IMG/VR virus record: IMGVR_UViG_3300033150_001973
Span: 1-52,314 of that record
Length of the DNA: 52,314 nucleotides
Source of the DNA: a virus
Lineage: Duplodnaviria > Caudoviricetes
Strand: one strand, 5' to 3'
Shown here: positions 1 to 8,806 of the stretch, in pieces
Position numbering within the stretch: the stretch's first letter is position 1
Layout: each line of letters opens with the position of its first letter
Made by a program: the position numbers and the translations under genes
Notes under the pieces: model-generated
The model's database searches: none
What the model saw: the letters and a program-made list of their open reading frames with translations, nothing else
Told to the model about the DNA's origin: nothing

Positions 1-114
1 AAAATGGCAGTAGGTAAAATAAGGCATTATTTTACACCCACAATTTACGCAAAGGTGAAGACAACTACTGAAATAATAAAGGCAATGTTAAATTCAGGAG
101 AAATTTTAAAAAAG
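1..114. repeat. Terminal direct repeat, identical to 52201-52314; circular genome overlap
   Basis: Exact 114-nt match; the RBS for ORF 4..216 (AAAGAGGGA) lies just before the second copy. Confidence 0.97.
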
Positions 115-216
115 GAAAAGGATTATATTGTATTAAAATGGGAAAGGAAAGTTTATGTATTGGTTAATGAAAAAGGGAGTAAAAGATTATTTAAAAGTAT
201 AGTTAAAACAATTTAA
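4..216 (+). CDS. Hypothetical early protein
   Basis: ORF with RBS across the circular junction. Confidence 0.7.
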   Translation: MAVGKIRHYFTPTIYAKVKTTTEIIKAMLNSGEILKKEKDYIVLKWERKVYVLVNEKGSKRLFKSIVKTI

Positions 217-233
217 AAAGGAGGGAATAAAAA

Positions 234-476
234 ATGAAAGTAAAACAAGATACTTTTTTAAAACAGCAAAAAAAACAACTAAAAGAACTATTTAAAACAA
301 TGGAAAATTCAAAAGATTTTGAAGAAATTGTTTTAAGATTAAAAGAAACTTATTGGGCAGAAGATTACGGCATAACAAAACTTGCTTTTATAGAACTTGC
401 TATAAGATTATTTTCACCTCCGTCATATTCTCCTTATTATAAGGAGTTTAAAAGGATAATTAAAAATGCTCTATAA
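234..476 (+). CDS. Hypothetical protein
   Basis: AGGAGGG RBS. Confidence 0.7.
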   Translation: MKVKQDTFLKQQKKQLKELFKTMENSKDFEEIVLRLKETYWAEDYGITKLAFIELAIRLFSPPSYSPYYKEFKRIIKNAL

Positions 477-493
477 AAAAGGGGTGATAAAAA

Positions 494-706
494 ATGAAAT
501 GTAAATATTGTGGAAGTGATTTGAAAAAAACTTTAAGGTATGTAGAGGTAGGAGAGATTGTAAATAATATTATATTTAAAGATGGAAAAGTAAAATTAAA
601 ACCTCAAACAGTCAAAGTTGATAAAACTTTTTTGTATTGTGCGGGATGTGGAAATGAGTTAGATATTACATTACAAGATTTAGAAGCAGTGGCGGAGTAT
701 TTATAA
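494..706 (+). CDS. Small zinc-ribbon protein
   Basis: CKYC...CAGC; GGGGTG RBS. Confidence 0.7.
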   Translation: MKCKYCGSDLKKTLRYVEVGEIVNNIIFKDGKVKLKPQTVKVDKTFLYCAGCGNELDITLQDLEAVAEYL

Positions 707-731
707 TTTTTAAAAAACAAAGGAGGGAAAA

Positions 732-887
732 ATGTTAAAAGTTAAATGTGGTCATTGTAAAAAGAAGTTTGAGATAACAGACCATCAATTTGGATTATTG
801 CTTACTGGACGGTTAACAATTGAGTGTCCGCATTGTAAAAAAAAATTAAGTAAAATTGAAGATAAAAAAAATAAAAAAGGAGGTTGA
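732..887 (+). CDS. Small zinc-ribbon protein (51 aa, not in ORF track)
   Basis: MLKVKCGHC...ECPHC; AGGAGGG RBS. Confidence 0.7.
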   Translation: MLKVKCGHCKKKFEITDHQFGLLLTGRLTIECPHCKKKLSKIEDKKNKKGG

Positions 888-888
888 A

Positions 889-1056
889 ATGGAAAGATAT
901 ACTACAATAAATATTTCAGGCATAAAAGTTTTATATGATAGAAAGAAAGGAAATTATGTAAAGGAAGGAGATATTTGGAATAAGGAATTGATTAAGAAAG
1001 TAAAAGAATTAAAAGGGAAAAATTTTGTTATAGGTGTTTTAGCAGAAAGGAGGTGA
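889..1056 (+). CDS. Hypothetical protein
   Basis: ATG 889 after AGGAGG. Confidence 0.6.
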   Translation: MERYTTINISGIKVLYDRKKGNYVKEGDIWNKELIKKVKELKGKNFVIGVLAERR

Positions 1057-1062
1057 TAAGAA

Positions 1063-1317
1063 ATGGGAGAGAAATTATTAGAAGAAAGGAAAGAAGGTTG
1101 GGATTTTGTAGCAAAGAACAGAAAAACTGGGAATTGGAGACAATTGTATAGATTTCACTATTTCAAAGATGGGATTTCTCTGTGCGGGAAATATGAAATA
1201 GATAAAAACAATACAAGTTTACTATCTTCAAGTGCTTTATCAGTAGAGGATTGTTGTAAAATATGTTTAAGAAATAAGAAAATTGAAAGAGGAGAGAATA
1301 ATAAACAAAATAAATGA
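1063..1317 (+). CDS. Hypothetical His/Cys metal-binding protein
   Basis: HYF...SLCG...CKIC pattern; AGGAGGTG RBS. Confidence 0.6.
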   Translation: MGEKLLEERKEGWDFVAKNRKTGNWRQLYRFHYFKDGISLCGKYEIDKNNTSLLSSSALSVEDCCKICLRNKKIERGENNKQNK

Positions 1318-1329
1318 AAGGAGGGAAAA

Positions 1330-2016
1330 ATGAAAATTATAAGGATAAGTTTGAATAAGGCAAAAGTAGAAAAATTGTTAGATAAGAGTGATGAAAAGAG
1401 GTGGCAGGGTATTTTAATTGAAGAAGGAGTTTTTTACATTACAGATGGAAGAGTTTTAATAAAAATGAAAATAGACCAAAACATCCCACAGCAAATATTA
1501 TCAGATATAAAACCCAAAGAAGATATAATTTTACCTATATGGATTGATATTGAAAAAATCCGAACAGCATTAAAGAATATACCAAAGAAAACAGATTACG
1601 ATTACCAACATCTTTACATACACCAAGACAATCAAAATATAATCATCTCTGTATATGATAAAAATCTCAATAGAATAGACATAAAACAAAAATGGGAAGA
1701 AAATGGAAAGGGATTAAGATATTACCCAAGTAAAGAAAACATAGATGATAAACTCTCCTTTAAAGGTGTAAAAGCAACATTTTCATTGACTATAACTGAA
1801 CTTAAAAAAATGATGAATGTTATAGAGAAAATAGCAAAATATGGAAACAACGGAATAACATTCTTTCTGGACGAAGAAGGGATAGTTTTAAAATTTGCTT
1901 TCTCAATAAATACGAAAGAGATAGGTATAGGGGCTACAAGCATACTTCATCCTGAACACAATATAACAGAGGATAAGTATAATAAGTTTTTAAAGGAAGA
2001 TAAAAAAAGGGGGTGA
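1330..2016 (+). CDS. Possible DNA polymerase III beta-clamp-like protein
   Basis: YITDGRVL resembles the ATDGHRL clamp motif; alpha/beta pattern; size of about two clamp domains. Confidence 0.35.
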   Translation: MKIIRISLNKAKVEKLLDKSDEKRWQGILIEEGVFYITDGRVLIKMKIDQNIPQQILSDIKPKEDIILPIWIDIEKIRTALKNIPKKTDYDYQHLYIHQDNQNIIISVYDKNLNRIDIKQKWEENGKGLRYYPSKENIDDKLSFKGVKATFSLTITELKKMMNVIEKIAKYGNNGITFFLDEEGIVLKFAFSINTKEIGIGATSILHPEHNITEDKYNKFLKEDKKRG

Positions 2017-2022
2017 GAAAAA

Positions 2023-2280
2023 ATGGCTAATATTTATAGAGACCATCAGACGGGGAAATTTATTTCTAAACAGCAATGGGAGGATAAATATTATTTTAAA
2101 GAGGGTGATATTGTATTTTCCCCTCTTATAAAAGAAGAGAAGTATAAAGTAATTTTTGTAGGAGCGTCTTTTATAGATGTGAAACAATTAAGCACTGGAC
2201 TTATAGAAAGAATAGATTTTGATATAGTAGAAGCATTAGATTTACAAAAAGTAAAGCAGAAAGGAGAAAAAAATGGATAG
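2023..2280 (+). CDS. Hypothetical protein (SH3-like beta domain)
   Basis: FKEGDIV...YKVI pattern; RBS. Confidence 0.5.
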   Translation: MANIYRDHQTGKFISKQQWEDKYYFKEGDIVFSPLIKEEKYKVIFVGASFIDVKQLSTGLIERIDFDIVEALDLQKVKQKGEKNG

Positions 2281-2584
2281 AGAGACAAAGAAAAAAGAAG
2301 TAAGAGAATTTTTAGAGAAGAATAATTTAAAACTGCATTGGGTTTACAAGGGAGAAGCGGGGTTAGAAAAATTCATTGACTTACTTGAAAGACACAACTG
2401 GTTATGTCCCTGCAATCACTCTCGGGGAGAATGTCCTAAAAATCCAAAATGTCTGGAAACCATAAAAAAGACAGGTGTATGCGGATGTAGTATATTCTAT
2501 ACTCCTGAAAGGTGGGAATGGGAGCAAGAGGTAATAGCAGAAGCGAAAAAGAGAAAGAAGAAAAAAAACTTGATAAAAAAGTAA
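2273..2584 (+). CDS. Ferredoxin-thioredoxin reductase catalytic (beta) chain-like Fe-S protein
   Basis: CPC...CPxxxxC...GxCGCxIF arrangement and ~100 aa size. Confidence 0.65.
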   Translation: MDRETKKKEVREFLEKNNLKLHWVYKGEAGLEKFIDLLERHNWLCPCNHSRGECPKNPKCLETIKKTGVCGCSIFYTPERWEWEQEVIAEAKKRKKKKNLIKK

Positions 2585-2598
2585 AAATGTGATATAAT
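2570..2598 (+). promoter_or_regulatory. Sigma70-type promoter
   Basis: TTGATA-17 bp-TATAAT with extended TG. Confidence 0.7.
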
Positions 2599-2646
2599 AA
2601 GAGCGTAATTATATAGATGTATAATATAGAAAAAGGGGTGATAGAA

Positions 2647-2892
2647 ATGACAGAGACAAAAGGATTAGTCCCACCAGCAGATAAAAGATGTATGTTGTGT
2701 GGAAATCCAGATATTAAACTTTATCCAGTTGAGCAGAAATACGATACAAGATGGGGAAAGAAGGGCAAAGTGTGGTGGCTATGTCAACTATGCTACAACA
2801 ACAGGTGGCGTGAAGATTTAGGGATACCACAGAAGTTAGGGATACATTGGGAAAGGAAAGGAGAATACAAAAGAGAAAGAGAAGAGGAATAA
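2647..2892 (+). CDS. Zinc-finger protein
   Basis: CMLC...CQLC; ATG 2647 after GGGGTG. Confidence 0.6.
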   Translation: MTETKGLVPPADKRCMLCGNPDIKLYPVEQKYDTRWGKKGKVWWLCQLCYNNRWREDLGIPQKLGIHWERKGEYKREREEE

Positions 2893-2895
2893 GGG

Positions 2896-3339
2896 ATGGA
2901 AAGAGAAAAAAGAAATAAAGAAATAATACAACTTATCAAAGAAGGAAAAACATACCAAGAAATCGGGGAAAAATTTGGGATAACAAGACAACGGGTTCAA
3001 CAGATAGCAAAAAGAGAGAGAATTAAGAAAAAGAGGGAGAAGAAATATAGGTGTATTATTTGCGGAAAGCCCATAAAAGCACAAAGAAAGTATTGCGATG
3101 AATGCCGAGAAAATATTAAAAAACCTGTTTTTATTTGTCTTAACTGTGGAAAACCTTTCAGAAGATACCTGTCGCAAGCAAAAGTAAAAAATATAAGATT
3201 TTGTTCCGATAGTTGTAGATTAGAATATATAACAAAGCATAACATTTTACATAAAAAACTTGACAAAAAAGAAAAAGTGCGATTAAATGAAAAAATAGAC
3301 AGGGCAAGGGATAGATTAAATAATACCTTGACAAAATAA
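2896..3339 (+). CDS. HTH (sigma70 region-4-like) transcriptional regulator with Zn fingers
   Basis: KTYQEIGEKFGITRQRVQQI HTH; CxxC..CxxC and CxxC..FCSxxC. Confidence 0.75.
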   Translation: MEREKRNKEIIQLIKEGKTYQEIGEKFGITRQRVQQIAKRERIKKKREKKYRCIICGKPIKAQRKYCDECRENIKKPVFICLNCGKPFRRYLSQAKVKNIRFCSDSCRLEYITKHNILHKKLDKKEKVRLNEKIDRARDRLNNTLTK

Positions 3340-3389
3340 AGAAATTGTGATTAAATAAACTTGACAAAAAAGAGAAAATATGATATAAT
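3260..3389 (+). promoter_or_regulatory. Three tandem sigma70 promoters
   Basis: TTGACA at 3260, 3328, 3361, each 17 bp before TTAAAT, TTAAAT, TATAAT. Confidence 0.75.
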
Positions 3390-3397
3390 ATAGAAAA

Positions 3398-3757
3398 ATG
3401 AAAAAACAAAACAATGACAAACAACTAAATAAAATGACAAGGAAAGAGGCATTTAGGAAATTTCTAAAAATTAAAGGGAGATATTCCTTTCTATATGCCA
3501 CTTGTAGTGGTAAATTTGAAACAATATTTCCTGATACACCCCATCCCTTTAAAAAAATAATTGATTGGATGATAGAAAGTAAATCCTTTTTAGTGTGTGT
3601 AGCATTTCCTTTTGATGTGAAACGAGAATGGGGGGTTTTACCATTGTTAAAAGAAAAAATTTTTGAATTTAATAATAATGTATTTTCATTGATAGATGAA
3701 CATTATCTTTTAGATGGAACAGAGTATAAACACTTTAAAGAAGTTGATTGGTTCTAA
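3398..3757 (+). CDS. Hypothetical protein (probably leaderless)
   Basis: ATG 8 nt after the -10 box, no SD. Confidence 0.6.
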   Translation: MKKQNNDKQLNKMTRKEAFRKFLKIKGRYSFLYATCSGKFETIFPDTPHPFKKIIDWMIESKSFLVCVAFPFDVKREWGVLPLLKEKIFEFNNNVFSLIDEHYLLDGTEYKHFKEVDWF

Positions 3758-3775
3758 TAAGAAGGATGTGATAAA

Positions 3776-4222
3776 ATGGTAGGGGTTGTTCAAAAAGAAA
3801 TAAAAATATTCAATCTTTCAAATGGAATAGAAGAAACGATTGACTTTGCTACCGAATATCCCATTATAAAACCGTTATCTGTGCTTATAAATACATTCAG
3901 TGAAGGTGTTTTATCAGATAAAGTTATAGACAAAATAGAATGTTATTGCTCCCTTCCTATTTGTCTTGTTTTCAGTTTTGAATGGGATAAAAGAGATATA
4001 TTTTTTGCTTCTATTACAAGATGTGCTATTCCACCTACTCAAAAAGAAGGAGTTATTTACATTCCTTTTTATGTTTCAACTTTTCAAAAAACTTTTGAGG
4101 AATATTTTAATGGATTTAGACGGCTTATTTTTAGAATATATCCAAAAAATATAGGAGAAGTCCATCTTTACCTCACTTATGAAAAGGATGTAATAAGGGA
4201 GATAGGAATAAAAAATGACTGA
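3776..4222 (+). CDS. Hypothetical protein
   Basis: ORF with RBS, coupled to the next gene. Confidence 0.6.
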   Translation: MVGVVQKEIKIFNLSNGIEETIDFATEYPIIKPLSVLINTFSEGVLSDKVIDKIECYCSLPICLVFSFEWDKRDIFFASITRCAIPPTQKEGVIYIPFYVSTFQKTFEEYFNGFRRLIFRIYPKNIGEVHLYLTYEKDVIREIGIKND

Positions 4223-4415
4223 AAGCAACTATAATGATAAAATAACAATTTTGTGTAAATATTGCGGACATCTCTTTAAAATTTTTCGTGGAGAACTTTC
4301 AGGAAAATTAAAATACGGAATTCTCAAATGTCCTAATTGTAAAAATACACTTTACAAAATCAGTGAAGCGTGTATAGGTGGAGGAGATATTGAAGAAGGA
4401 TATGCGTTTTATTAA
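4215..4415 (+). CDS. Zinc-ribbon protein
   Basis: CKYC...CPNC. Confidence 0.6.
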   Translation: MTESNYNDKITILCKYCGHLFKIFRGELSGKLKYGILKCPNCKNTLYKISEACIGGGDIEEGYAFY

Positions 4416-4435
4416 CAAATAAAAAGGAGGATTAA

Positions 4436-5065
4436 ATGACCTGGCTACACTTCATAGGAAAGCAATATTACTCAACCTCACAATTCATTGAAGAAGCAAA
4501 AAAATATGGAGTTTCAAGAAGAATATCATTTCAAAACTTAAAAAATATGAGGTTTGGAGATAAGATTTACTTGTTTCAATGGAATGGTAAATCTTCTGAA
4601 CTATTTGGTTATTTTGTTTTTGAAAGAATTTTAGGGATAAATCACAATATTTTAGAGGAAGCAAGAGAAAAAGGGATAATAAGAAGAGTAGCAGATTTAG
4701 GAGATGAGGTAATTAAGCGGGGATGTGGAAATTATATTTTACGAGCAAGTTATACCACTGAAAATCCAGAAGCGATGTTAGATTTGTTAGAAGAAAAATA
4801 TAAGGCAAAAGAGGATTTAGGAAAATTGATGATAGGCGGAGCGTTTTATGAAATCAATCCTCATATAAAATCCTCAATTCCTTTTCAAATGGGGTTTAGG
4901 AGTTTTGATATAACTTCTTTTATGGAAGAATATGAAAGAATAAAAAACAATAAGAGAAAAAAAGTAAAGGGTTCTTTCTTTTTAGAAAAACTTAAAAATC
5001 CTGAATGGATAGTAATAGAAGGTGGAATAATTGAAATACAAAGATATAAAAGGAGGGAGAAATGA
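4436..5065 (+). CDS. Hypothetical protein, possible PUA/EVE-like fold
   Basis: MRFGDKIYLF...FGYFVF pattern; AGGAGG RBS. Confidence 0.4.
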   Translation: MTWLHFIGKQYYSTSQFIEEAKKYGVSRRISFQNLKNMRFGDKIYLFQWNGKSSELFGYFVFERILGINHNILEEAREKGIIRRVADLGDEVIKRGCGNYILRASYTTENPEAMLDLLEEKYKAKEDLGKLMIGGAFYEINPHIKSSIPFQMGFRSFDITSFMEEYERIKNNKRKKVKGSFFLEKLKNPEWIVIEGGIIEIQRYKRREK

Positions 5066-5487
5066 TAAGGATGGAATATATAAAGAAAAAAGTAGATACT
5101 ATACAAGAATGGATAAAGAAAGTTGAAAATCAAATATTTCCTAAACATAGTAGGTATTTTGAAAGATATTTAAAAATTAAGACAGCATTTGAAAAAGAAT
5201 ACCCCGTTTCTCCAGAAGGAATAGAATGTTATAGTGGGCTTTTGGTAGCCGAAAGGAGTTATGAACCAAAACCAAAAGAAGATTTATTTTTCAAGGGAAG
5301 AAAAATAAGAGAAATTTGGTTTAAAGTAAGTGAAAGACCAAAGATAAAATCCATTTTTTCATATAGAGAACCTGATTGGAAAATTACAAAACCAGAAGGA
5401 GAATTATTAACTATATATAATACAAGTGTGGTTTTGCATAAGAAAGATAGGAATTTTGAATATGAGGTGACTATTTTAATAGATTAA
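5062..5487 (+). CDS. Hypothetical protein
   Basis: ATGA overlap and RBS. Confidence 0.6.
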   Translation: MIRMEYIKKKVDTIQEWIKKVENQIFPKHSRYFERYLKIKTAFEKEYPVSPEGIECYSGLLVAERSYEPKPKEDLFFKGRKIREIWFKVSERPKIKSIFSYREPDWKITKPEGELLTIYNTSVVLHKKDRNFEYEVTILID

Positions 5488-5497
5488 GGAGGAAAAA

Positions 5498-5674
5498 ATG
5501 ACAGAAAAAGAAAACATATTTAAGAAAGAAGAAGAATTGAATAAAAATAATGTGGAAAAATATATACAGAAGGCAATTGATAAATATTTTGAAAAGGGGT
5601 TTTTAATAGATGGTTTCTTTTGGAGAAAAGCAATGCAGGTGTTAGAAGACAAACATAAAATAAAAATTTTATGA
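5498..5674 (+). CDS. Hypothetical protein (58 aa, not in ORF track)
   Basis: AGGAGG RBS, ATG 5498, MTEKENIF...KIKIL. Confidence 0.6.
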   Translation: MTEKENIFKKEEELNKNNVEKYIQKAIDKYFEKGFLIDGFFWRKAMQVLEDKHKIKIL

Positions 5675-5688
5675 ATATGAGGGTAAAA

Positions 5689-5874
5689 ATGAAAGCACTA
5701 TCCAAAGCACCGAAAGAGGTAATTTATCAGATTTGTAAATTTGCCTGGGAAAGATATGGACACGACGATAAATGGGTTGAGCAGATGTTTTACCTCTCAC
5801 CTCTTGGAGTAGCACAGAGATATTTCAGAGAGTTTGTTAATTGGGAGGATTATAGGATTACAAAAAAGATTTGA
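5689..5874 (+). CDS. Hypothetical protein
   Basis: GAGGG RBS. Confidence 0.55.
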   Translation: MKALSKAPKEVIYQICKFAWERYGHDDKWVEQMFYLSPLGVAQRYFREFVNWEDYRITKKI

Positions 5875-5899
5875 CAAAAAAATAAAAATATGGTATAAT
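5871..5899 (+). promoter_or_regulatory. Sigma70 promoter of the replication operon
   Basis: TTGACA-17-TATAAT with TG extension. Confidence 0.8.
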
Positions 5900-5911
5900 G
5901 GGCGAGAAAAA

Positions 5912-6184
5912 ATGGAAAAACAAAATAAAATAAAAACAACAAATATATGGCTCGCAAGTTTCCTCAAAGCAAAAGGGTATGAACCTGAATTAGAAAAAAA
6001 CCCAAAATATAAAAATCTCATAAACTTCTGTTTTGAAAACTCTGATGATATTACTTTTCTCATTTCCCAATTTCCTATAACAACAGAACCCGACCCATTG
6101 TTTCAGATAGATGTTAGAACTTATATTAAAGCATTTAAGGAATTGAAGGATAAAGTATTTTTATTTAAAGAAAACGGAAGGTAA
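5912..6184 (+). CDS. DUF5659-like protein
   Basis: TTNIWLASFLKAKG...FCF pattern; lies directly upstream of the initiator gene. Confidence 0.55.
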   Translation: MEKQNKIKTTNIWLASFLKAKGYEPELEKNPKYKNLINFCFENSDDITFLISQFPITTEPDPLFQIDVRTYIKAFKELKDKVFLFKENGR

Positions 6185-6187
6185 AGA

Positions 6188-7069
6188 ATGGCTGAATATC
6201 GGTATATAAAAGTTAAGTTCTGGGATGACCCATATATTTTAGAACTTCCACCTGAATTTAGATTACTTTTTATTTATTTATTTACCAATCCACACACTAC
6301 CCAATCTGGTTTATATGTAATTTCAAAAAAGATTATACAAGTAGAAACAGGACTATCAGAAGAAACAATTGAAAAAGGACTACAAAAATTTGAGGAAGAT
6401 GGAAAAATAAAAAGAGATGGAGAGGTTATATGGGTAATAAACTTTTTAAAATACCAGCCGAACAAATCTGAAAAGGTTTTAAAGAAAATAGCAGATGATT
6501 TATCACAACTAAATTCTAACTGCTCGTTAATCAAAGAGTTATTAGAATATTATAATACCCTATCTATACCCTATCAATACCCTATTGATAGGAAACCCCT
6601 AAAGGAAAAAGAAAAGGAAAAAGAAAAAGAAAAGGAAATAGGAAAGAAGAAAAAGAAAAAGAATAAGAATAAAAATAATAGAGTTACCACTGGTAGTGGT
6701 AACTCTTTAGCAAAAAAATCAGAAAAAAAAGAAAAAAAGAAAACAAAAATACAACTTTTAGTAGAATTTTATAAATCGTTTAAAGGCATTCCAATAGATG
6801 ACAAAAACTGGAATAAAATCTATTTTCCTCGTTTTTCCAGACCTGCAAAGGAAATATTACTATTAACAAATGATGATTTAGAAAAAGCAAAAGAGTATAT
6901 AGAGAAAATAGGCAATTATCTTAATAAGGGAGAATTAACTTGGACTTTGGAAACGATTGTGAAATTACTACCTGAATATCTATCAGGAAAGTTAAAAAAG
7001 AAAGATATAACAGAACATAACCTTGAATTATTGGAAAATTTTAAAAAGAGGGAAAATGAAGATACTTGA
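6188..7069 (+). CDS. Phage replication initiator (replisome organiser, wHTH N-terminus)
   Basis: IKVKFWDDP...LLFIYLFTN...G.Y N-terminal domain, NFLKYQ, K/E-rich linker, internal iterons. Confidence 0.8.
   Translation: MAEYRYIKVKFWDDPYILELPPEFRLLFIYLFTNPHTTQSGLYVISKKIIQVETGLSEETIEKGLQKFEEDGKIKRDGEVIWVINFLKYQPNKSEKVLKKIADDLSQLNSNCSLIKELLEYYNTLSIPYQYPIDRKPLKEKEKEKEKEKEIGKKKKKKNKNKNNRVTTGSGNSLAKKSEKKEKKKTKIQLLVEFYKSFKGIPIDDKNWNKIYFPRFSRPAKEILLLTNDDLEKAKEYIEKIGNYLNKGELTWTLETIVKLLPEYLSGKLKKKDITEHNLELLENFKKRENEDT
6555..6680. repeat. Putative replication origin: iterons plus A-rich tract
   Basis: 3x 11-bp ATACCCTAT(CT/CA/TG) at 6555, 6566, 6577; 10-bp inverted repeat 6570-6579/6583-6592; purine/A-rich run 6601-6680. 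Confidence 0.7.
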
Positions 7070-7655
7070 TTTATTTTGTGGGTTGGGTGGTTGGTCAATA
7101 CCTTTTGTAGAAGACGGTGATGAAGTAATTGGTATTGATATAGTTAATTTTAAAGAATATCCAGGGAAACTAATTATAAAGGATATAAGAGAAATACAAG
7201 GGAGGGACTTTTATAATTATGATTTAATTATAGGTAGTCCGCCTTGCAATGAATTTAGTGTTGTAAAAGAAATATGGAAAGGAACTAAAAATGAAAGGAA
7301 TGTTGAGAAAGGATTAGAACTAATAAAAGAATTTATAAGAGTTATTAAAGAGGCGAAACCAAAAATATGGTTAATGGAGAATGTAAAAAACCTTTATGAT
7401 AAAGGTTGGTATAGAAAAGTAAAGGGGCTTGGTGAACCGATAGATTTTTTCAGAATTTCAAAAAGAGGGTATAGATGTCTCTGGGGAAATATAAAAATTC
7501 ATATACCAGAAGAGTTATACCCTGAGACAGATATATGGAGAAGATATGGTTGGAAAACAAGACCTTATAGGGCAAAAATTCCTTATCCAATAGCAAGATA
7601 TATTGCTAATGAAGTAAAAAAAATTCTTTCTAAAAAAGGAGACAAAAGATGGTGA
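7056..7655 (+). CDS. Short C5-cytosine DNA methyltransferase
   Basis: Motifs I (DLFCGLGG), IV (GSPPC), VI (ENV). Confidence 0.85.
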   Translation: MKILDLFCGLGGWSIPFVEDGDEVIGIDIVNFKEYPGKLIIKDIREIQGRDFYNYDLIIGSPPCNEFSVVKEIWKGTKNERNVEKGLELIKEFIRVIKEAKPKIWLMENVKNLYDKGWYRKVKGLGEPIDFFRISKRGYRCLWGNIKIHIPEELYPETDIWRRYGWKTRPYRAKIPYPIARYIANEVKKILSKKGDKRW

Positions 7656-8407
7656 TAAGTAGAACTAAAATAGACTGGTGCGATTATGTATGGAATTGTG
7701 TTTGGGGTTGTTTAAATAATTGTGAGTATTGCTATGCAAAAAAGTTAGCAAGAAGATTTTGGAAAAAGATGTATGAGAAAGAGTGGGAGTATTTGGATAA
7801 ACAAGACCTACTTGAAAATAATACACAACTTTTGATTTTGGAAGAGCATTTAAAAAATTTTAAACCTATTTTCCTTGAAAGTAGTTTCAATAAACCTTTT
7901 CCTAAGAGACCTGCCAGAATTTTTAGTAATTCTATGAGTGAATGTGCTTTCTGGAAAGAGGAATGGTGGAAAAAAATATTAAAAAAAATATATAAAAACA
8001 GTCAGCATACTTTTATTTTTTTAACAAAATTTCCTATTAAAATACCATTAAACGAGATACCAAGAAATATATGGGTAGGAGTATCAATAGACAATACTAC
8101 AAAATGGAAAATGTGGCAGGATTTAGTAAAAACAATTCCTTATGGTAAAGGAAAATTATTTATCTCTTTTGAACCTCTATTAAATTTTGATGAAAGCGAT
8201 TTATCAAATTTATTCAATCCTAAACCTGACTGGATTATTATAGGAAGTCAGACAAATCCTTTAAGATTGCCATCAAAGAAATGGGTTGAAGATATTATAA
8301 AAGAAGCAAGAAGAAATAAAATACCTGTTTTTATTAAAGAAAACTTATGGAAATGTTTTCCAGAATTTAAGATACAAGAGTTTCCAGATAGAACAAATGG
8401 AGTTTGA
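7649..8407 (+). CDS. DUF5131 / phage Gp37-Gp68 radical-SAM-like protein
   Basis: TKIDWCD.WN..GC...CEYCYA, FLTK, WVGVS, FISFEPLL, WIIIG, PVFIK. Confidence 0.9.
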   Translation: MVISRTKIDWCDYVWNCVWGCLNNCEYCYAKKLARRFWKKMYEKEWEYLDKQDLLENNTQLLILEEHLKNFKPIFLESSFNKPFPKRPARIFSNSMSECAFWKEEWWKKILKKIYKNSQHTFIFLTKFPIKIPLNEIPRNIWVGVSIDNTTKWKMWQDLVKTIPYGKGKLFISFEPLLNFDESDLSNLFNPKPDWIIIGSQTNPLRLPSKKWVEDIIKEARRNKIPVFIKENLWKCFPEFKIQEFPDRTNGV

Positions 8408-8585
8408 AATGTTAATTAAATTACTTAAATTTTTCTATGCTCCATATTTATTGATAACTATATTGCTAATTTGGAGATATTTATTGAGTGTTTGGTATAG
8501 TTGTTATGTAATAATGGAAGATATTTGTATGGCTATATGGACTATTTTTATCTTGGGATTAGTAGTTATTATTATTCTATTATAA
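8397..8585 (+). CDS. Small membrane protein
   Basis: Two hydrophobic stretches. Confidence 0.45.
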   Translation: MEFEMLIKLLKFFYAPYLLITILLIWRYLLSVWYSCYVIMEDICMAIWTIFILGLVVIIILL

Positions 8586-8596
8586 AGGGAATTAAG

Positions 8597-8806
8597 ATGA
8601 AATATTTTTTTGTATTATCAGCATTATTTTCTTATATATCGGCAGTGTTTGTAGATTGTTTAAAAATAGAAACAAGGTTGCTACTTTACTTTAATTGTGT
8701 GATATGCTTACTTGGATTGATAAATTGGAGATTAGAAAACATAATAAGGGAAAAAATGAGTAAGTATAAAATAATAAAAAGGAGAAAAAATGACAGAAAA
8801 AGATAA
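8597..8806 (+). CDS. Small membrane protein
   Basis: ATG 8597 after AAGGGA; hydrophobic N-terminal half. Confidence 0.5.
   Translation: MKYFFVLSALFSYISAVFVDCLKIETRLLLYFNCVICLLGLINWRLENIIREKMSKYKIIKRRKNDRKR

Noticed and set aside
1-114. Biological terminal repeat of a linear genome
   Set aside because: It cuts through a gene and separates it from its RBS; most simply an assembly overlap of a circular (or circularly permuted) genome
6555-6592. CRISPR mini-array
   Set aside because: Contiguous 11-bp repeats with no spacers; fits iterons. No CRISPR array was seen anywhere
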